64,000 nt of DNA from a virus (taxonomy: Duplodnaviria; Caudoviricetes). The DNA lies in the IMG/VR virus record IMGVR_UViG_3300030328_002748, positions 1-64,000 of that record. The stretch is one strand, 5' to 3'. Below, in pieces: positions 59,349-64,000 of this stretch (positions are counted from its first letter, which is position 1; each line of letters starts with the position of its first letter). The position numbers and the translations under genes are program-made. Under the pieces are notes generated by a model. It did not search any database and was not told where the DNA came from. It worked only from the letters and a program-made list of their open reading frames with translations.

Positions 59349-60098
59349 TTAATTAATCTGCCGACTAAATCTTTTATTATCATCATCTACAACAGTCTCC
59401 ATAAACTGAACATTACCAGAAATAGAAATACGAGGTTTATCTGATGTATAGAATGGATAAACCTGATGACTTAATTCACTAGGAAAGAAACATCCCCAAC
59501 CATTCATATTAGGCGTCATAGGTATAACTTCATTACTAATACCTCTACCATCAGCATAGGTAAAAACAAAATTGCCGATATAATCATTAATACTGCCACG
59601 TGCTATATCTAACTTACGCTCATCATAATGTGAATAAGGTATATCAATCCATATAACAAAGGAATAAATTCCATGATGATTATGTAATGGATTAAATTCA
59701 TGTTTATATTGCCAATTAGCCCATAATGCAGAAAGATAAGGTTCTAAGTTATGACCAGTATCTACATGGCCAGGAAATATCTTTTTATATGCCTCAGTAA
59801 TCTCCTTATCCATTAACTCTACAGTAAAAGGATCATTCTCAGGTGAATGTAATAAATCAATGAACATGCCATGTATAAGCATATTCTCAGGATCTTCTAA
59901 TTTAAGTGAACGTGATATATTACCAGCAAGGTTATCTTTCCAATCAATATTATTATCTTCTGCTATCTTTATTCTATTAAGTAAGTAAGTATAGATGTTA
60001 TCAGGTAGTTTAAACAGATGAGCTACAGTCTGTTTAGTTAATAGAATAGGTTTAATTTCAGGCCTTTTATATGTTGAATAAGGGGTGGGATTAGACAT
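59349..60098 (-). CDS. 2OG-Fe(II) oxygenase family protein
   Basis: WANWQYKHEFNPLHNH..SFVIW, FFPSELSHQVYPF, RISISGN. Confidence 0.85.
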   Translation of the reverse strand: MSNPTPYSTYKRPEIKPILLTKQTVAHLFKLPDNIYTYLLNRIKIAEDNNIDWKDNLAGNISRSLKLEDPENMLIHGMFIDLLHSPENDPFTVELMDKEITEAYKKIFPGHVDTGHNLEPYLSALWANWQYKHEFNPLHNHHGIYSFVIWIDIPYSHYDERKLDIARGSINDYIGNFVFTYADGRGISNEVIPMTPNMNGWGCFFPSELSHQVYPFYTSDKPRISISGNVQFMETVVDDDNKRFSRQIN

Positions 60099-60241
60099 AA
60101 TAAATAATTGGTTTTAAAATAAAAGCCTTTTTTTAATTAAGCTGTGTTTTTTATGTAGTTTATAATCTGTACGGAATATGTGTAGATTGAGTATAGATTA
60201 TGTGTTGATAATTTATGGGCCTTATAGTCATCTTGGCGCTC

Positions 60242-60621
60242 AGCTTATCATAAAATCTCTAAGAAGTCAACATAAAACTCTGAAATTCTCACAAAACTTT
60301 ATGGGAGGGGTCTTATGTTGCGAAGTATTGCGATGTTTATGACAGCTCTCAAAGTGTCACACAGCATATTGACTTCGCAGTAGCCTGCGTGTAGCCTGAA
60401 GGGGTGCAGGGGAGGGCGCAGTAGATATACTTCGCACGAAGCATAAGGCCTGCGGGCACAGCATAAGGCCTGCGTCCATCCGCAGCACATATAATGCGTA
60501 ACGCAGGCAATAAACTGCACGGGCCCACCAACCCGCCTGCCCACGTAACGCAGGGGCCAGCTTAACATGTGTCTGCGCCTTATGTCAAGCGCTTGCCTTT
60601 TGGGCGCGGAGGCCTTATAAT
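60242..60621. promoter_or_regulatory. GC-rich non-coding control region with four opposed sigma70-like promoters
   Basis: Minus TTGACT-N17-TAAGCT (60270-60242); plus TTGACT-N17-TAGCCT (60369-60397); minus TTGACA-N18-TAAGCT (60588-60559); plus TTGCCT-N17-TATAAT (60593-60621). Confidence 0.55.
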
Positions 60622-60937
60622 AGGTACAACTGGGAGCCCGAGAGCAGACGCGGCCCCAGCCAACCACTGTGACACCTCGGCGACTGGGCTGGGGCTTGTG
60701 ACAGTCAGGGAACTGGCCGCTCTTTTGGTGTGGGGTCGGTCAGTTTCAGAAGTGTCACAGTGGTTCGTGTTGGGGTCATATCGGATGGATAGACCAGTTA
60801 TATAATTGTCACAAGGGCCTTCGCAGTCCGGCCAGAGGCCGGTTGCGAAAGTGTCCTTTTCTGTTAAGTTTTTGTTGTAAATATTCCTATAGGGTCGGGT
60901 GAGATTTTATAATGAGGGAGTACCAAACCAATTCGTG

Positions 60938-61105
60938 ATGAATCAACTTGAAACTGTGAAGTCATTTTTCACGGACACTCAATGGGATTTGATTGACTCC
61001 GCACTTTCGGAATATCAAGACCATGATGAGGAATATCTCAAAGAGGTTTTTGACGATGAGAATATTCTCAGGTCAACCCAAAAACGTCTTAATGAACTTT
61101 TCTAA
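60938..61105 (+). CDS. 55-aa early protein, paralog A
   Basis: MNQLETVKSFFTDTQWDLIDSALSEYQDH...; after TATAAT at 60908. Confidence 0.7.
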   Translation: MNQLETVKSFFTDTQWDLIDSALSEYQDHDEEYLKEVFDDENILRSTQKRLNELF

Positions 61106-61107
61106 TC

Positions 61108-61257
61108 ATGAAACAATTTTCAATTCATATGGATACCGACCAATGGAGGACTGTTCTTGATGCACTTCTTGACAAGTACCCCGATTGTGATGTAGTTGAC
61201 CTAATCATTGAAACTATTCCAAATTGCAAGGAGTATTATTATCAGAGAGGGTTTTAA
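61108..61257 (+). CDS. 49-aa early protein
   Basis: MKQFSIHMDTDQWRTVLDALL...; overlapped at its end by the terminator AGAGGGTT-TT-AACCCTCT and a T run. Confidence 0.6.
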   Translation: MKQFSIHMDTDQWRTVLDALLDKYPDCDVVDLIIETIPNCKEYYYQRGF

Positions 61258-61385
61258 CCCTCTTTTTTTCTGACAGGTCGGCCGAAGCCGGTCTGTCAAT
61301 TGTCACAAAGAGGTTTAATATTCTTTTAACAAGTTTTGTATCATGGTGAACTACGTGTTCCCTGAGATTCCTATACAATAAAAAT

Positions 61386-61553
61386 ATGAATAACACACCT
61401 TCAAAAACAGTGCGTGATTTTTTCACTTCCGAAGAGTGGGACGCAATCGACTCCGCACTATGCGATTTCCAAGACTACGGTGAAAAGGAATCTGACCTTG
61501 CAAATTCCGTAGGTAACAAAATCTACAATCTTTTTAAGGAGGATCTAAAATGA
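61386..61553 (+). CDS. 55-aa early protein, paralog B
   Basis: MNNTPSKTVRDFFTSEEWDAIDSALCDFQDY... Confidence 0.7.
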   Translation: MNNTPSKTVRDFFTSEEWDAIDSALCDFQDYGEKESDLANSVGNKIYNLFKEDLK

Positions 61554-61717
61554 GTTTAATCAAAGAATTTTATTCTGGACTCCTTGACAAGGGTTACACT
61601 GAACGAGAAATCCGAGAGTCTTGTAAGAAACACCAGACCCGAACCGCACCCGATTGGTTCAACGGATCATACGAGGATTATCTGGAATCAATGCACGATT
61701 TTCTGAACGGTCTCTAA
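61550..61717 (+). CDS. 55-aa early protein
   Basis: MSLIKEFYSGLLDKGYTERE...; AGGAGG RBS; terminator at its end. Confidence 0.65.
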   Translation: MSLIKEFYSGLLDKGYTEREIRESCKKHQTRTAPDWFNGSYEDYLESMHDFLNGL

Positions 61718-61871
61718 GACCGTTCTTTTTTTATGTGTGACGGTTAGCGAAGCGGCCAAGGCCGAAGGCCAGTTGGGAAACTGGACTTTTTTGTTTCAAA
61801 CCCGTTACAATCGATTTACGAGGCAACCCCTTACCGTTTATAATTTGGGAGTAACAAACGCACCACGTTTT

Positions 61872-62282
61872 ATGCCTCGTAAGTCAACCGCATCCAAGTC
61901 AACCGCAACTGCTCCAAAAGCACCACGTAAGACAAGGACTCGTAAGACTACACCCGCTGCAATCAAGACCGTAACAAGTCCAGCAGTAACCAAAGAGAAA
62001 ATTGAGCAGTGCATTAATGCACCTGTTAGAACTCTCAAACCAGTTGAACCAAAGGCAACGACTGTAACCACTTTCAAAGCAGGTAAGGTCGTTTCTAAAG
62101 AGTTGATGAGACCAACAGCACCACTAATCCAATTAAAGGATTATCGCCGAGACATCATCAACCGCTGGAACATTCATAATTATGAAATCCAGCAACTAGG
62201 TAAAGACTTTCAAAAGTTCTTTAACTTCGTTCAACCCTTACATTCAGACCTAGTTAACCGCATAAAAACGGTTGAACTCTAA
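61872..62282 (+). CDS. Basic early protein with Lys/Thr/Ala/Pro-rich N-terminus
   Basis: MPRKSTASKSTATAPKAPRKTRTRKTTPAAIK...; TATAAT at 61839; terminator at about 62290-62316. Confidence 0.7.
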   Translation: MPRKSTASKSTATAPKAPRKTRTRKTTPAAIKTVTSPAVTKEKIEQCINAPVRTLKPVEPKATTVTTFKAGKVVSKELMRPTAPLIQLKDYRRDIINRWNIHNYEIQQLGKDFQKFFNFVQPLHSDLVNRIKTVEL

Positions 62283-62523
62283 ACCCCAAGACCCCGCCGC
62301 AAGGTGGGGTTTTTTTATTGCTCAACTGAGAAGGCCAGCTGGCCAGTCAAAAAACTGTCACAAGTGTAGGTAGACAGGTTCCCAAAATCGACTATAATTT
62401 AAAATGTAAGGGACATGAGAGACACGGACATGGGATTCGTTTCTAGACCGTTTCCAGACATGTATACCCTCTGAACTCTGGAGTTCCTTACAACAAAAAT
62501 TTCACACCAAAGGAGTTTTAAAA

Positions 62524-62652
62524 ATGTCAGTTCTACATCATGCGGAAATTCAAGAGACCTTATTAGATGAGGTTTGCGAAGAGTTCCCAAATATGTCCTA
62601 CGACACTCAAATTGAAATTGCAATGCAACGTTTTGAGGATCTCTGTCAGTAG
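62524..62652 (+). CDS. 42-aa early protein (not in ORF track)
   Basis: MSVLHHAEIQETLLDEV...RFEDLCQ*; AAGGAG RBS. Confidence 0.7.
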   Translation: MSVLHHAEIQETLLDEVCEEFPNMSYDTQIEIAMQRFEDLCQ

Positions 62653-62753
62653 GTAACGAATTATTACAGACCCCTTCTCAGGGGTCTTTCCTTTTGTATA
62701 ATAAAGGAGTGGGAGAGAAACCCACAAATCACACCCCACGATTTTTTTCTAAC

Positions 62754-63095
62754 ATGCGTAAAATTGAAAGACAAATGAACTTCGCAATTTCCAACAAAGG
62801 GAATTGGTCACTTTCCAACACCTCAGTCGAGTACAACGAAAGTACAAACTGTTCAAACGTTTTTCTACATGGTCACAACATCGCAACTGTAGACCACGGA
62901 ACCAATTCTGTAAAATTGAGTTCATGCGGATGGGAAACCGTAACGACCAAATCAAGACTGAACGCAATTTTGCAAGAGGTCAAAACTGGTTTTTCAGTTT
63001 TCCAAAAACAGTTCGAGTGGTTTCTAAATGGTCAAGGTCAGACGGTTGATTTTATTGACGGAATGATTTTACTTGATTCGGGTGAGGTCGTTTAA
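62754..63095 (+). CDS. Conserved cyanophage early hypothetical protein
   Basis: MRKIERQMN..VFLHGHNIA..GW.T.TTKSRLNA..VFQKQFEWF. Confidence 0.8.
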   Translation: MRKIERQMNFAISNKGNWSLSNTSVEYNESTNCSNVFLHGHNIATVDHGTNSVKLSSCGWETVTTKSRLNAILQEVKTGFSVFQKQFEWFLNGQGQTVDFIDGMILLDSGEVV

Positions 63096-63727
63096 ATGTA
63101 CGACGGAATCACACCTTGGCAAATACCCGTCTATTCTGACGGGTATCGCCCCGCCGACGATGACGAATTAATGAACGTATTCTACGACGACATTAAGGAA
63201 GACATCGACCCCGAAACCCAAAAACTTTTAAACAACTTTTAAATGCCATCATTCGCTAACACCACTGTCCGCTATTGGATGCCCCATGATCAGAAATGCC
63301 GTTACATTTCTTTCAGCACTTATCTCAAGGCATTAGAAATGCAAAAATGGTATAGCGATATTGCCGGGTTCAAAGCAGAGATAGTCGTATGACACCCAAG
63401 GAACTGGCCAGCTGGCCGGTTCCTTTTTTCATGCCATCGCCTATAATGACTATAGGACACACACCCCGCTTCGTCTTCACTATGACTCTTTCTGAATTAG
63501 GATCTTGCTCAAAGTTAGATCTACTCATCGCCGAAACACAGGGCAAATGCTGCGTTACAAGATTGAAAACCAGAAAACCCCGTAAGGGTGAACTGGTTAT
63601 GAGCATGACCAAGGGGAGCAGAACTAACACAAATCGCAGGGGGCAGGCATACTCCGCCCACGCACTGCGACCTGAAACCAACGTTATCTCCGCCCCTGCC
63701 TCATCGTATTTCAAGACCAGCGGATAA
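63096..63727 (+). other. Three small early CDSs (63096-63242, 63243-63392, 63482-63727)
   Basis: Translated by hand; abutting starts and stops; the last follows the promoter at 63403-63447 and precedes a hairpin at 63736-63764. Confidence 0.6.
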
Positions 63728-64000
63728 TCACACCTTGCCCCTGAGCGCTTCGTGTTCAGGGGCAGTTAATTGGGGGGTTTATAAAAAAAGCGAACTTCCC
63801 TAACCTACAAAAGTCTGCTTTCGCTATAAAATACAAAACGCATAAGTGTTTTCCGTGGCATACAAAAAATTTTGGTGGCCTAGAAATTTCCCACAGGATG
63901 TGTTATAATTAGAAGTGAAGCCACTCAAAGGATCTATGAGCGACTTAAGGTTCCATGTTTATGGGAGGAAGAACAAAGTTAAAGCAATCAATATATCGCA

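Larger units (their letters stand above)
51283..63447 (+). promoter_or_regulatory. Family of early-type promoters: A(C/G)TG(G/T)C box 37-39 nt before a TATAAT-like -10
   Basis: Box/-10 starts at 51283/51321, 52687/52724, 53949/53987, 55766/55804, 56002/56040, 62354/62393, 63403/63442. Confidence 0.7.

Noticed and set aside
60299-60805. ORFs 60299..60667, 60349..60531 and 60569..60805
   Set aside because: Composition is unlike the other genes, they overlap each other, and they are open mainly because high GC removes stop codons.
686-63714. Many short antisense or nested ORFs in the track (for example 1219..1416, 19760..20176, 40397..40864, 63370..63714)
   Set aside because: They lie opposite or within well-supported genes and show no motifs or expression signals.

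Overview
A 64-kb AT-rich segment of a T4-like cyanomyovirus genome, most likely a Prochlorococcus phage (psbA with no psbD following it, ho1 plus pebS). In order it holds: the 3' end of psbA; auxiliary metabolic genes (purM, NifU-like, purN, purC, ho1, pebS, glutaredoxin); a glutamine-riboswitch/DUF4278 locus; thyX, phoH, exonuclease, g33, g59 and g32; the baseplate/tail module (g53, g48, g2, g4, tube-like gene, g26, g51, hub, CP12, split g5); a tRNA-Gly; three large fibre genes; and an early region of small ORFs with many promoters. The strongest finding is at 40272-48322. A tail fibre with 54 uninterrupted Gly-X-Y collagen triplets (21 with Lys and 24 with Thr at Y) sits just upstream of a 628-aa protein that fuses a COLGALT-like GT25 domain, a PLOD-like glycosyltransferase domain and a PLOD-like lysyl hydroxylase domain. 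This looks like a one-polypeptide version of the animal collagen Lys -> Hyl -> Gal-Hyl -> Glc-Gal-Hyl pathway, flanked by 2OG-Fe(II) oxygenases and a nucleotidyltransferase-cupin fusion. Two other signals stand out: every CCGG, CCNGG and GGNCC site I found overlaps a GpC, suggesting GpC cytosine modification, and one glutamine aptamer appears to carry a 52-codon ORF inside its stem loop. All calls come from reading motifs by eye and from recalled family knowledge; no database searches were run.
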